Assembly (NCBI GenBank): GCA_017617395.1
Contig: JAFZWG010000028.1
Span: 8,192 to 72,191, forward strand
Direction of reading: 5' to 3'
Length of the DNA: 64,000 nt
From: Lachnospiraceae bacterium
GTDB lineage: Bacteria > Bacillota > Clostridia > Lachnospirales > Lachnospiraceae
Shown: piece by piece, positions 7,974-16,083 of the stretch
How positions within the stretch are numbered: position 1 is the stretch's first letter
Layout: each line of letters opens with the position of its first letter
The notes under the pieces: generated by a model
Database searches by the model: none
Told to the model about the DNA's origin: nothing
The model's input: only the letters and a program-made list of their open reading frames with translations
Position numbers and translations under genes: made by a program

Positions 7974-9941
7974 ATGAGGGTGATTAGCGAAAACACCGTC
8001 GATTGGAAAATGGGTGCGCCGGAGCCGCTGGGAGCAACCGCGGCCGGGGCATTTGTGAATTTTGCGGTCTCGGTGCCCGGGGCGTCCGAGGTCACTCTTT
8101 TTGTGTACCGCGGAGCGGCAGCGGAGCCCGAGTATGCGATCGTCATGGAGACGGCGGACCGGTACGGCTCCGTCTTCTGTGTCAGCGTGAAGCTTCCGGC
8201 GGAGACGCCCGAGGGCGGCTGGCAATATGAGTACGAGACGAAGGGCGAGCGGTTTACGGACCCCTACGCGCGTCTTGTGGCGGGTCGTGAGCGCTTCGGG
8301 AAGCGACTGACGGCAGCGGCATCGCGGCTTGTTCGCGGCGTTGTCCGCATGCAGGCGTTTCGCTGGAACGGCGAGGAGCGGCCGCACATTCCGATGAATG
8401 ATCTGATCCTTTACAAACTGCATGTGCGCGGCTTTACGAAGGAGTTGAAGACCGCCACCGCGGGCACGTATGCGGGCCTTGCGGGCAAGGCGGAATACCT
8501 TGCGAATCTGGGCGTCAATGCGGTTTTGTTGATGCCGTTTACGGAATACAACGAGTGCTTTGCGGAGGGCGACCGGACCGAGGGCGTTCCCACGTTTGCG
8601 AGCACGCGCTTTTATCACGGCAGCATGCCGCGCATTCCCGAGGAGATCTCCGAGTCGGTGCGCGAGCACAAGGTGAACTACTGGGGCTACGCGAAGCATT
8701 ATTTTCTGTTCGCGCCGAAGGCGTCCTATGCGCATATTCCGGGCGCGGCCGACATCGAGCTTCGCCAGACCGTGAAGAAACTGCATAACGCGGGCATCGA
8801 GGTGCTCGCCGAGATGATGATCCCGCAGGATACGAACCGAAGCCTCGTCCTGGACGCGCTTCGCTTCTGGGTTCGCGAGTATCATCTCGACGGTTTCCGG
8901 ATCATCGGGGCGCAGGTGGACACGGCGATGCTTGCCGCGGACCCGTACCTCGCGGACGTCAAATTCCTCTGCGACGGCTGGGACACCGGTGCTGTCTACC
9001 GCATGACGGCGGAGCCGGAGACGCCGCTTTTGGCGGAGTACAACGACGGCTTCCTGGTTGATGCGCGCAAGTTCTTAAAGGGCGATGAGGGGATGACGAG
9101 AGCATTTGCCGGACGCGTTTCGAAGAATGCGGCGAACCTGGGCGTCATCAATTACATTACCGACAACAACGGCTTCACGCTTGCGGACCTGTACATGTAC
9201 GACGTCAAGCACAACGATGCGAACGGCGAGCGCGGGCGCGACGGAAGCGATTACAACTACAGCTGGAACTGCGGTGCGGAAGGACCGGACAAGCGCAAGA
9301 AGATCCGCGACCTTCGGCTTCGGATGAGGAAAAATGCCGTCCTTGCGATGCTTCTTTCGCAGGGTGTTCCGATGCTTTTGTCGGGCGATGAGTTCGGCAA
9401 TTCGCAGAGCGGCAACAACAATGCCTACAATCAGGACAATCCGACCGGATGGGTGAACTGGTCGCAGGCGAAGAAGCAGGCGGAATTCACCGAGTTCGTG
9501 CGCGCGGCGATCGCGCTTCGCAAGGCACATCCTGCGCTTCACAATCCGATTCCTCTGCGGGGGACGGACTATCTGGCGAGCGGCGCTCCGGACGTTTCGG
9601 TCCACGGCCGCGATGCCTGGAGACCGGACGACGGCCCGTACAACCGGTGCCTCGGGATTTTGCTGAGCGGGGATTTTGCGAAGGTCGGGCGCGACGGCCG
9701 CGATGACTCGTTCTATCTGGTGTTCAATATGTACTGGGAGGAGCAGACCTTTGCGATTCCCGTTTTGCCCGGCCGCGATGCGTTCCGGATCGTGCTCGCA
9801 AGCGATGCCTTGCTTGCCGCGGGAACCATCACCGGGGATACGCTTTCGGTGCCGCCCAGAACGATTGCGGTGCTGCAGAGCGTGGCGCTTCCCAAACCGG
9901 AGCGCCGCGGTAAGAAAACTGTTAGGGGGACGAAAGAGTGA
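7974..9941 (+). CDS. GlgX/isoamylase-family (GH13) protein, predicted catalytically inactive
   Basis: 655-aa ORF. It is strongly similar to GlgX, for example LLSQGVPMLLSGDEFGNSQSGNNNAYNQDNPTGWVNWSQ. The four GH13 catalytic regions are replaced: EMMIPQ, GFRII, CDGWD, TDNNG. Confidence 0.85.
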   Translation: MRVISENTVDWKMGAPEPLGATAAGAFVNFAVSVPGASEVTLFVYRGAAAEPEYAIVMETADRYGSVFCVSVKLPAETPEGGWQYEYETKGERFTDPYARLVAGRERFGKRLTAAASRLVRGVVRMQAFRWNGEERPHIPMNDLILYKLHVRGFTKELKTATAGTYAGLAGKAEYLANLGVNAVLLMPFTEYNECFAEGDRTEGVPTFASTRFYHGSMPRIPEEISESVREHKVNYWGYAKHYFLFAPKASYAHIPGAADIELRQTVKKLHNAGIEVLAEMMIPQDTNRSLVLDALRFWVREYHLDGFRIIGAQVDTAMLAADPYLADVKFLCDGWDTGAVYRMTAEPETPLLAEYNDGFLVDARKFLKGDEGMTRAFAGRVSKNAANLGVINYITDNNGFTLADLYMYDVKHNDANGERGRDGSDYNYSWNCGAEGPDKRKKIRDLRLRMRKNAVLAMLLSQGVPMLLSGDEFGNSQSGNNNAYNQDNPTGWVNWSQAKKQAEFTEFVRAAIALRKAHPALHNPIPLRGTDYLASGAPDVSVHGRDAWRPDDGPYNRCLGILLSGDFAKVGRDGRDDSFYLVFNMYWEEQTFAIPVLPGRDAFRIVLASDALLAAGTITGDTLSVPPRTIAVLQSVALPKPERRGKKTVRGTKE

Positions 9942-10816
9942 CTTCGTTTCGACTGAAGATTTTGCTGTTGATCACGATGACCGTGGACCATGTGGCGGTG
10001 GTATTTCTCTCGCCGGAGAATCATTGGTACGAGTGGCTTCGGATCATCGGAAGACCGGCGATGCCGATCGCATGCTTTCTGCTGGCGGAGGGCTTTTTGA
10101 AGACCGCTTCGCGCGGCAAATACACCCTTCGATTGTTCCTTACCGCTCTCATCGGTGAGCTGTTCTGGATCTTTCTGTGGCTGCAGCAGTCCATCGCGGC
10201 GCAGAAGGCCGTGGACGCGGCGTATGCGGCGGCCGGCGGCGATACGACATGGGGTGCAGAAGGGATCAACCGCTGGGCGGAATCGCTGGATGCGACGACA
10301 AGGGCAAGCTTTACCGCAGGCCGGGTAATGCCGATCAACGTGTTGTTTACGCTGACGATCTGCCTTGTCATGCTGATCCTGATGGACAAGCTGCAGAAGC
10401 GCTACGGCGACATGCTTCCGCAGCAGGTGGTCAAGAACCTCGGATACATGCTCTGCATGTGCGCGATCGTCATCTGCGCGGTGATCATCTGCCTGATCGG
10501 ACAGATGGATTATGCGGTTGTCGGACCGTTCACGGTGGCGGCATGCTTTATCTTCCGCGAGGAGCGGAAGACCATGATGGTCGCTTTGGCGATCGCCGGC
10601 GTTTTAGCGGGAATCGGGTCTTTGGTGTACATCGTTGCATGGATGATCGCACTTCCCATTCTGTACAGCTACAACGGCAAGCTCGGCTACGAAAAGGGCA
10701 CGCGCCCGTGGGTTCGCACGCTGTTCTATGTATATTATCCGCTTCACCTGGCAATTCTGGTCGAGTCGCGGTATTTTGATGTGATCTTCGGTTCCTTCTC
10801 ATTGTTTAAGAAGTGA
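9938..10816 (+). CDS. TraX family membrane protein
   Basis: 292-aa polytopic ORF with the N-terminal LKILLLITMTVDHV motif typical of TraX proteins. Its GTG start overlaps the stop of the preceding gene (GTGA). Confidence 0.75.
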   Translation: MTSFRLKILLLITMTVDHVAVVFLSPENHWYEWLRIIGRPAMPIACFLLAEGFLKTASRGKYTLRLFLTALIGELFWIFLWLQQSIAAQKAVDAAYAAAGGDTTWGAEGINRWAESLDATTRASFTAGRVMPINVLFTLTICLVMLILMDKLQKRYGDMLPQQVVKNLGYMLCMCAIVICAVIICLIGQMDYAVVGPFTVAACFIFREERKTMMVALAIAGVLAGIGSLVYIVAWMIALPILYSYNGKLGYEKGTRPWVRTLFYVYYPLHLAILVESRYFDVIFGSFSLFKK

Positions 10817-10837
10817 TCCGGACGGTTCGGAGGTCCC

Positions 10838-11764
10838 ATGACACAATGGTATCTTGCGCCGATGGAGGAAGTCACCGGCTACCTCTTCCGGCAGATTCTG
10901 CAAAAGCATTTCGGCGGGGTGGACAAATTCTTCACCCCGTTTCTTTCGCCTGTGACCGGGTGCGCCTTCAAGACGCGCCAGGGGCGTGAGGTCGACCCTT
11001 CGCACAATGCCGGTCTGCCGGTCGTGCCGCAGGTTCTTACGGACGATCCCGACGCGGCGGTCGCGATGTTTCGGCTGATGGCGGACCTCGGCTATACGGA
11101 GGTCAACCTGAACTTCGGATGCCCCTCGGGGACGGTCGTCAAGAAAAACCGCGGAAGCGGTTTCCTGCGCGACACGGAGGTGATGGAGCGCTTCTTTGAC
11201 CGGATGTTCGCGCAGGACCTTCCGATGCCGGTTTCGGTCAAGACCAGACTCGGCTTTGCGAACGCAGAGGAGGAATGGCCGAAGATTCTGGAGGTATACA
11301 ACCGCTATCCGATCTCGGAACTGATCGTGCACGCGAGAGTCCGGGAGGAGTGGTACGAGGGGACGCCGAATATGGAGGCATTTGCCTACGCCTACGAGAA
11401 CAGTAAGCTTCCGCTTTGCTACAACGGAGACGTGAAGAGCGCGGATCAGGCGAGGAGACTCACGGAGCGCTTCCCGAACCTTCGGGCCGTGATGATCGGC
11501 CGCGGGGCGGTGACGGACCCGGGCATTTTTCGCGAGCTTGCGGGCGGTGTGCCGATGAGCGCAAAAGAGCTTCGGGAGTTCCACGACGATCTGTACGCAG
11601 CGTACGTCGCGCTGTGGGGCAGCAAGGACACGCTCTTTAAGATGAAAGAGGTCTGGGGATACCTCGGGGACCGTTTCCCCGATGCCGCGAAGGCGAAAAA
11701 ACGAATCCACAAATGCCGCACGGAGGCCGAGTATCTGGTCGCGGTTTCGGAGCTTTTGGGATGA
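10838..11764 (+). CDS. tRNA-dihydrouridine synthase family protein
   Basis: 308-aa ORF starting LAPMEEVTG, with the NFGCP catalytic-Cys motif and a TIM-barrel Dus pattern. Confidence 0.85.
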   Translation: MTQWYLAPMEEVTGYLFRQILQKHFGGVDKFFTPFLSPVTGCAFKTRQGREVDPSHNAGLPVVPQVLTDDPDAAVAMFRLMADLGYTEVNLNFGCPSGTVVKKNRGSGFLRDTEVMERFFDRMFAQDLPMPVSVKTRLGFANAEEEWPKILEVYNRYPISELIVHARVREEWYEGTPNMEAFAYAYENSKLPLCYNGDVKSADQARRLTERFPNLRAVMIGRGAVTDPGIFRELAGGVPMSAKELREFHDDLYAAYVALWGSKDTLFKMKEVWGYLGDRFPDAAKAKKRIHKCRTEAEYLVAVSELLG

Positions 11765-11778
11765 ATATAAAACAACTG

Positions 11779-11805
11779 TTAGCACTCTTACAAAATGAGT
11801 GCTAA
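11779..11805 (+). promoter_or_regulatory. CIRCE operator (HrcA binding site)
   Basis: TTAGCACTC-TTACAAAAT-GAGTGCTAA is a perfect match to the TTAGCACTC-N9-GAGTGCTAA consensus. It lies 133 nt upstream of the htpG start. Confidence 0.85.
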
Positions 11806-11811
11806 TTTTTG

Positions 11812-11840
11812 TTGACAAGTCTTTCAGGGCGGAGTATACT
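11812..11840 (+). promoter_or_regulatory. sigma-A-type promoter TTGACA-17nt-TATACT upstream of htpG
   Basis: TTGACA at 11812-11817, a 17-nt spacer and TATACT at 11835-11840. Confidence 0.6.
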
Positions 11841-11937
11841 GGTGTTTGCGGGGAGGGCGCAGCCTTAAAAGCGACCGTCCCACACGACGAAATTACGAAG
11901 GTTCGCGCCCGGCGCGGACGATCACGGAGGTGTTATT

Positions 11938-13968
11938 ATGGCTAAGGAACAGGGCAATCTGTCCATCAATTCGGAAAATATATTCCCCATCATCAAGAAG
12001 TGGCTCTACTCGGACCACGACATCTTTTTGCGCGAGCTCGTCTCGAACGGCTGCGACGCCATCACGAAGCTTAAGAAGCTTGCGCTGATCGGCGAGGCCG
12101 AGATCGCGGACGACAACGAGTGGAAGATCATCGTGCGCAGCAATCCCGAGGAGAAGACGCTCACAGTTATCGACAACGGTATCGGAATGACCGCGGATGA
12201 GGTCAAGGAGTACATCAACCAGATCGCATTTTCCGGCGCGACCGATTTCCTCGCAAAATACAAGGACAAGGCGAACGAGGACCAGATCATCGGTCACTTC
12301 GGTCTCGGCTTTTACAGCGCGTTCATGGTGGCTCACAAGGTGACCATCGACACGCTCTCCTACAAGGACGGCGAGACGGCTGTGCACTGGGAGTCCGAGG
12401 AGGGCATGAACTATGAGATGAGCGATTCCGACCGCACGGAGCGCGGCACGGAGATCACGCTGTACCTAAACGAGGACAGCTACGAGTTCTCGAACGAGTA
12501 CCGCGTGAAGGAAGTTCTCGGCAAATACTGCTCGTTCATGCCGGTTCCGATCTTCTTCGAGGATGCGACGAAGCCCGCGCCCGCGGAGGAGCCCGAGGTG
12601 ATTGACGCCGAGGTCGACGCGGACGGCACGGCGAAGGAGGACACGGCGAAGGAGAAGAAGGGCCCGAAGCCGATCAACGAGACGTTCCCGCTGTTTCTGC
12701 ACACCCCTTCGGAGTGCAAGGAAGAGGAGTATAAGGACTTCTACCGCACGACGTTCCACGACTACAAGGAGCCGCTGTTCTGGATTCATCTGAACATGGA
12801 CTACCCGTTCAATTTGAAGGGTATTCTGTATTTTCCGAAGATCAACACGGAGTACGACAGCCTTGACGGCACGATCAAACTCTACAACAATCAGGTCTTC
12901 ATCGCGGACAACATCAAGGAGGTCATCCCGGAGTTTCTGATGCTCCTTAAGGGCGTCATCGACTGCCCGGATATCCCGTTGAACGTCTCCCGAAGCGCGC
13001 TGCAAAACGACGGCTTCGTGAAAAAGATCAGCGACTACATCGCGAAGAAGGTTGCCGACAAGCTCGCCGGCATGTACAAGACCGACCGCGAAAACTACGA
13101 AAAATGCTGGGACGACATCTGCCCGTTCATCAAGTACGGCTGCCTCAAGGATTCGAAGTTCCGCGACAAGATGAAGGACTTCCTCATCTATAAGAATTTA
13201 GACGGCAAGTACATCACGCTGCCGGAGTACGTAGAGGCTGCGAAAGCTGCCAAGGGCGATACTGCGGAGGCGAAGGCCGAGGATGTGAAGGCGGAGGAGC
13301 CGAAGACCGAGGGCGAGACCAAGGCGGATGAGGCGAAGACCGACGACGCGAAGACCGACGACGCGAAGGAGCCGGAGAAGACCGTCGTTTACTATGTGAC
13401 CGACGAGAAGCAGCAGAGCCAGTACATCAATATGTTCCGCGACAACGGCGTGGATGCGCTGATCATGACGCACCGTATCGACCAGCCGTTCATCACGCAG
13501 CTTGAGCAGGAAAATGATACGGTTACGTTCCGCCGCATCGACGCGGACGTGACGGACACCCTGAAGGAGGCGGCCGACGAGGAGGAGCTCAAGGCGATGA
13601 CCGAGGCTCTTACGACCATTTTCCGAAAGGCACTTGACCGAAGCGAGCTCGACATCAAGGTAGAGAAGCTTAAGAACGCGGCGATTCCGGCGATGATCAC
13701 GCTCTCGGAGGACAGCCGCCGCATGCAGGATATGATGGCGATGTACGGCATGGCGCAGGCCGGACTTCCGGACGATTCGACGCTTGTTCTGAATGCCGGA
13801 AACGACCTTGTGAAGTACGTAAAGGACAATGCCGACGGCGAGAATACCGCACTTTTGTGCGCGCAGATCGACGACCTTGCGAGAATTTCGCACGGTCCGC
13901 TCGAGCCCGCTGACATGACTGCGTTCATGGAGCGCAGCGCCAAGCTGATGGGACTGCTTACAAAGTAA
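11938..13968 (+). CDS. htpG: molecular chaperone HtpG (Hsp90)
   Basis: 676-aa ORF with GHKL ATPase motifs (ELVSNGCDA, DNGIGM, GHFGLGFYS) and HtpG middle and C-terminal domains. Confidence 0.95.
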   Translation: MAKEQGNLSINSENIFPIIKKWLYSDHDIFLRELVSNGCDAITKLKKLALIGEAEIADDNEWKIIVRSNPEEKTLTVIDNGIGMTADEVKEYINQIAFSGATDFLAKYKDKANEDQIIGHFGLGFYSAFMVAHKVTIDTLSYKDGETAVHWESEEGMNYEMSDSDRTERGTEITLYLNEDSYEFSNEYRVKEVLGKYCSFMPVPIFFEDATKPAPAEEPEVIDAEVDADGTAKEDTAKEKKGPKPINETFPLFLHTPSECKEEEYKDFYRTTFHDYKEPLFWIHLNMDYPFNLKGILYFPKINTEYDSLDGTIKLYNNQVFIADNIKEVIPEFLMLLKGVIDCPDIPLNVSRSALQNDGFVKKISDYIAKKVADKLAGMYKTDRENYEKCWDDICPFIKYGCLKDSKFRDKMKDFLIYKNLDGKYITLPEYVEAAKAAKGDTAEAKAEDVKAEEPKTEGETKADEAKTDDAKTDDAKEPEKTVVYYVTDEKQQSQYINMFRDNGVDALIMTHRIDQPFITQLEQENDTVTFRRIDADVTDTLKEAADEEELKAMTEALTTIFRKALDRSELDIKVEKLKNAAIPAMITLSEDSRRMQDMMAMYGMAQAGLPDDSTLVLNAGNDLVKYVKDNADGENTALLCAQIDDLARISHGPLEPADMTAFMERSAKLMGLLTK

Positions 13969-13989
13969 ATAGAAATTGCAATGATTTGC

Positions 13990-14019
13990 GGCCGCACTCA
14001 TCCCGGGTGCGGCCTTTTT
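13990..14019 (+). terminator. intrinsic terminator after htpG
   Basis: GGCCGCAC / GTGCGGCC stem followed by TTTTT. Confidence 0.75.
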
Positions 14020-14074
14020 CGTTGAAAATGCAACCGGAACTTGCGAAAAGTGCGAAAACTATAGGTAAATCATA

Positions 14075-14103
14075 TTGACGAACAGGCCGCGCGGTGATAT
14101 ACT
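14075..14103 (+). promoter_or_regulatory. sigma-A-type promoter TTGACG-17nt-TATACT
   Basis: TTGACG at 14075-14080, a 17-nt spacer and TATACT at 14098-14103, upstream of the lipoprotein gene. Confidence 0.55.
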
Positions 14104-14161
14104 GGTGAAAAGCCTGTGAGTGTTCACGGGCAGAGTGTTTTGTTATTTACGGGGGTGTGTT

Positions 14162-15529
14162 ATGAAGAAACAAAAGCTGCTTACGATTCTTGTCCTGGTG
14201 CTGGTGATGCTGGCCGGCTGCGGCAAGAAAACGGACAATGAGACGAAAAATGACGTGACGAACACGCCGACGCCGACCAAGTCGGCGGAGCAGGGGACGC
14301 CCACGCCGGAACCTACGGAGGAGCCGGTCGTGCTCACGGGAACACCGTTTGAGAGAATTCTCACTGCGGCGCACAACGCATTTGCCGACGGAAACTTCTC
14401 CTTCAGCGCTGCGGTGACCGCGAAGGTGCCCACGGAATCGGAGCCGACAAAGCAGGCCAACAACTATCGCTTCATCAAGTGCGATGACGGCGAGCTGGCG
14501 TTCAAGGAGAGCATCTACGAGGACGGCACGAAGGAGCACGAGTACGCGTTTCTGCAGCCGAACGGCGGAATCCACCTTTACACCTGGTGGGGCGACAGCA
14601 AGATGAACTACGAGTATGTGCCGATCAGCAAGGAGGACGCGGGCTACATGTACGCGTTCGTCCACGGTCTGCACGAGCCCGGCGACGAGGCATTCCAGGC
14701 GTTCGTGCACATGTGCGCGGACCTTTTTCCGGATTGGCCGAAGACCCTGATTCCGGAAAATGCATCGCTTGCGTCGTTGCTGGCTCCGTTCGGAAGCACC
14801 GAGTATCTGGAGAAGACGTTCGGGTATCATCAGACCGAGGACGGTTCGGATGTCTTTATCATCCGCAAGGAGATGATCGCGGGCTTTTTAGACTCGCTCA
14901 AGAACAACTTCAAGGGGCTTTTGTACTACTACGGTGACAATTCGCTTGCGCGCATCGCAGAATGCGGCGACATTGAGATAACCATGAGCTACGACGGCGC
15001 TGTGCTCAAGGAGATTGCGATGCGGTTCCAGCTCTCGGACGGCACGAAGGCGGAGCAGACGTACACGGTTTCCAACATCGGTACGACGCAGATCAACCTT
15101 CCGACCGCTGCGAAGGAAAAGTTCGAGTCGATGAAGTTCAATCCCGGCAACGAGGAGGAGCCGAGCAACTGGTCCTCGTGGCTGAAGCAGTACCAGCTGG
15201 ATGCGATCGAAGGCCGCGTGGACAAGGATGTTCAGACCGTCAATGAGCTGCTGCAGGCCATCTGGGAGTGCGTGCAGGATCCTGCGATCAACGCAGAGCT
15301 TAAGGAGATTGTCGTAAAGGAGAAGAATAAAGAGCTGATCATTTACTACTCGGAAGGCTCGAACTACGACAAGACGGGCATTCCTTCCATCGATGCGAAG
15401 CTGAAGGAAAAATTCGGCAACAACAAGATTAAGATGGAGTCCGTCATGTGGGTTCCGCTGTCTCTGCAGATCTATTTTATCTCCGAGGGAGCGGACGGCA
15501 CCGTACAGATGTATTACGACCTGAACTAG
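14162..15529 (+). CDS. lipoprotein of unknown function
   Basis: The ORF runs 14120-15529. The internal ATG at 14162 gives MKKQKLLTILVLVLVMLAGC, a signal peptide with lipobox LAGC, followed by a Pro/Thr-rich linker. I recognise no family. Confidence 0.7.
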   Translation: MKKQKLLTILVLVLVMLAGCGKKTDNETKNDVTNTPTPTKSAEQGTPTPEPTEEPVVLTGTPFERILTAAHNAFADGNFSFSAAVTAKVPTESEPTKQANNYRFIKCDDGELAFKESIYEDGTKEHEYAFLQPNGGIHLYTWWGDSKMNYEYVPISKEDAGYMYAFVHGLHEPGDEAFQAFVHMCADLFPDWPKTLIPENASLASLLAPFGSTEYLEKTFGYHQTEDGSDVFIIRKEMIAGFLDSLKNNFKGLLYYYGDNSLARIAECGDIEITMSYDGAVLKEIAMRFQLSDGTKAEQTYTVSNIGTTQINLPTAAKEKFESMKFNPGNEEEPSNWSSWLKQYQLDAIEGRVDKDVQTVNELLQAIWECVQDPAINAELKEIVVKEKNKELIIYYSEGSNYDKTGIPSIDAKLKEKFGNNKIKMESVMWVPLSLQIYFISEGADGTVQMYYDLN

Positions 15530-15599
15530 GTTTTGAATCCCTGAAAAAGGGTCGTTTCAGAATTGATTTTCGCTTGCGTAAAAAAGTGATATTTTCCGC

Positions 15600-15628
15600 T
15601 TGACATTTCCATGTTCTTGTTGCATAAT
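15600..15628 (+). promoter_or_regulatory. promoter candidate TTGACA-17nt-CATAAT for the tRNA cluster
   Basis: TTGACA at 15600-15605 and CATAAT at 15623-15628, about 20 nt before the first tRNA. Confidence 0.55.
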
Positions 15629-15647
15629 ATCAAAGCACGCGAAAATT

Positions 15648-15721
15648 CGAGGCGTGGCTCAGTTTGGTAGAGCGCTGCGTTCGGGACGCAGAGGTCGTGG
15701 GTTCGAATCCCGTCGCCTCGA
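15648..15721 (+). tRNA. tRNA-Pro (anticodon CGG)
   Basis: Manual cloverleaf. Acceptor CGAGGCG/CGCCTCG, D arm GCTC-AGTTTGGTA-GAGC, anticodon arm CTGCG-TTCGGGA-CGCAG, T arm GTGGG-TTCGAAT-CCCGT, discriminator A. No CCA is encoded. Confidence 0.9.
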
Positions 15722-15765
15722 TTTTCTTCCGGGTTTCAGTATCCGGGAGTAGCGCATTTGCGCAT

Positions 15766-15838
15766 GCTGGAATAGCTCAGCCGGTAGAGCACTTCACTCG
15801 TAATGAAGGGGTCGTCAGTTCGAATCTGATTTCCAGCT
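15766..15838 (+). tRNA. tRNA-Thr (anticodon CGT)
   Basis: Manual cloverleaf. Acceptor GCTGGAA/TTCCAGC, anticodon arm CTTCA-CTCGTAA-TGAAG, T arm GTCAG-TTCGAAT-CTGAT. Confidence 0.9.
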
Positions 15839-15890
15839 TTTTCGTTTTGTACTTCGGACGGAATGCGCTCGAAGCAGCAAGGCGCAAGCT

Positions 15891-15964
15891 CGAGGCGTGG
15901 CTCAGTTTGGTAGAGCACCGTGTTAGGGACGCGGGGGTCGCGTGTTCAAGTCACGTCGCCTCGA
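15891..15964 (+). tRNA. tRNA-Pro with anticodon AGG (A34)
   Basis: Manual cloverleaf. The acceptor and D arm are identical to the Pro-CGG gene. Anticodon arm CCGTG-TTAGGGA-CGCGG (U33, A34-G35-G36, G37), T arm GCGTG-TTCAAGT-CACGT, discriminator A. Confidence 0.8.
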
Positions 15965-15969
15965 TATCA

Positions 15970-16003
15970 CCCTATCTCCGGACAGACGGAGGTAGGGTCT
16001 TTT
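15970..16003 (+). terminator. intrinsic terminator after the tRNA cluster
   Basis: CCCTATCTCCG / CGGAGGTAGGG stem (one G-U pair) followed by TCTTTT. Confidence 0.75.
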
Positions 16004-16083
16004 GCTATTTACAGCGATTTGTTTACACGCACAGGAAACCGTTTTTTGTCATCGGCGGCAACGAGGCCGCACGAGGGGGACCC

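Noticed and set aside
6786-8885. A 699-aa minus-strand ORF.
   Set aside because: It is antisense to the ABC-F and GlgX-like genes, has Arg-rich composition and contains no recognisable domain. It is the same GC artefact.
15664-16083. The N-terminal 140 codons of track ORF 15664-17604.
   Set aside because: This part reads straight through three tRNA genes and a terminator. The credible start is the ATG at 16084, which has an SD and is followed by a TM helix.
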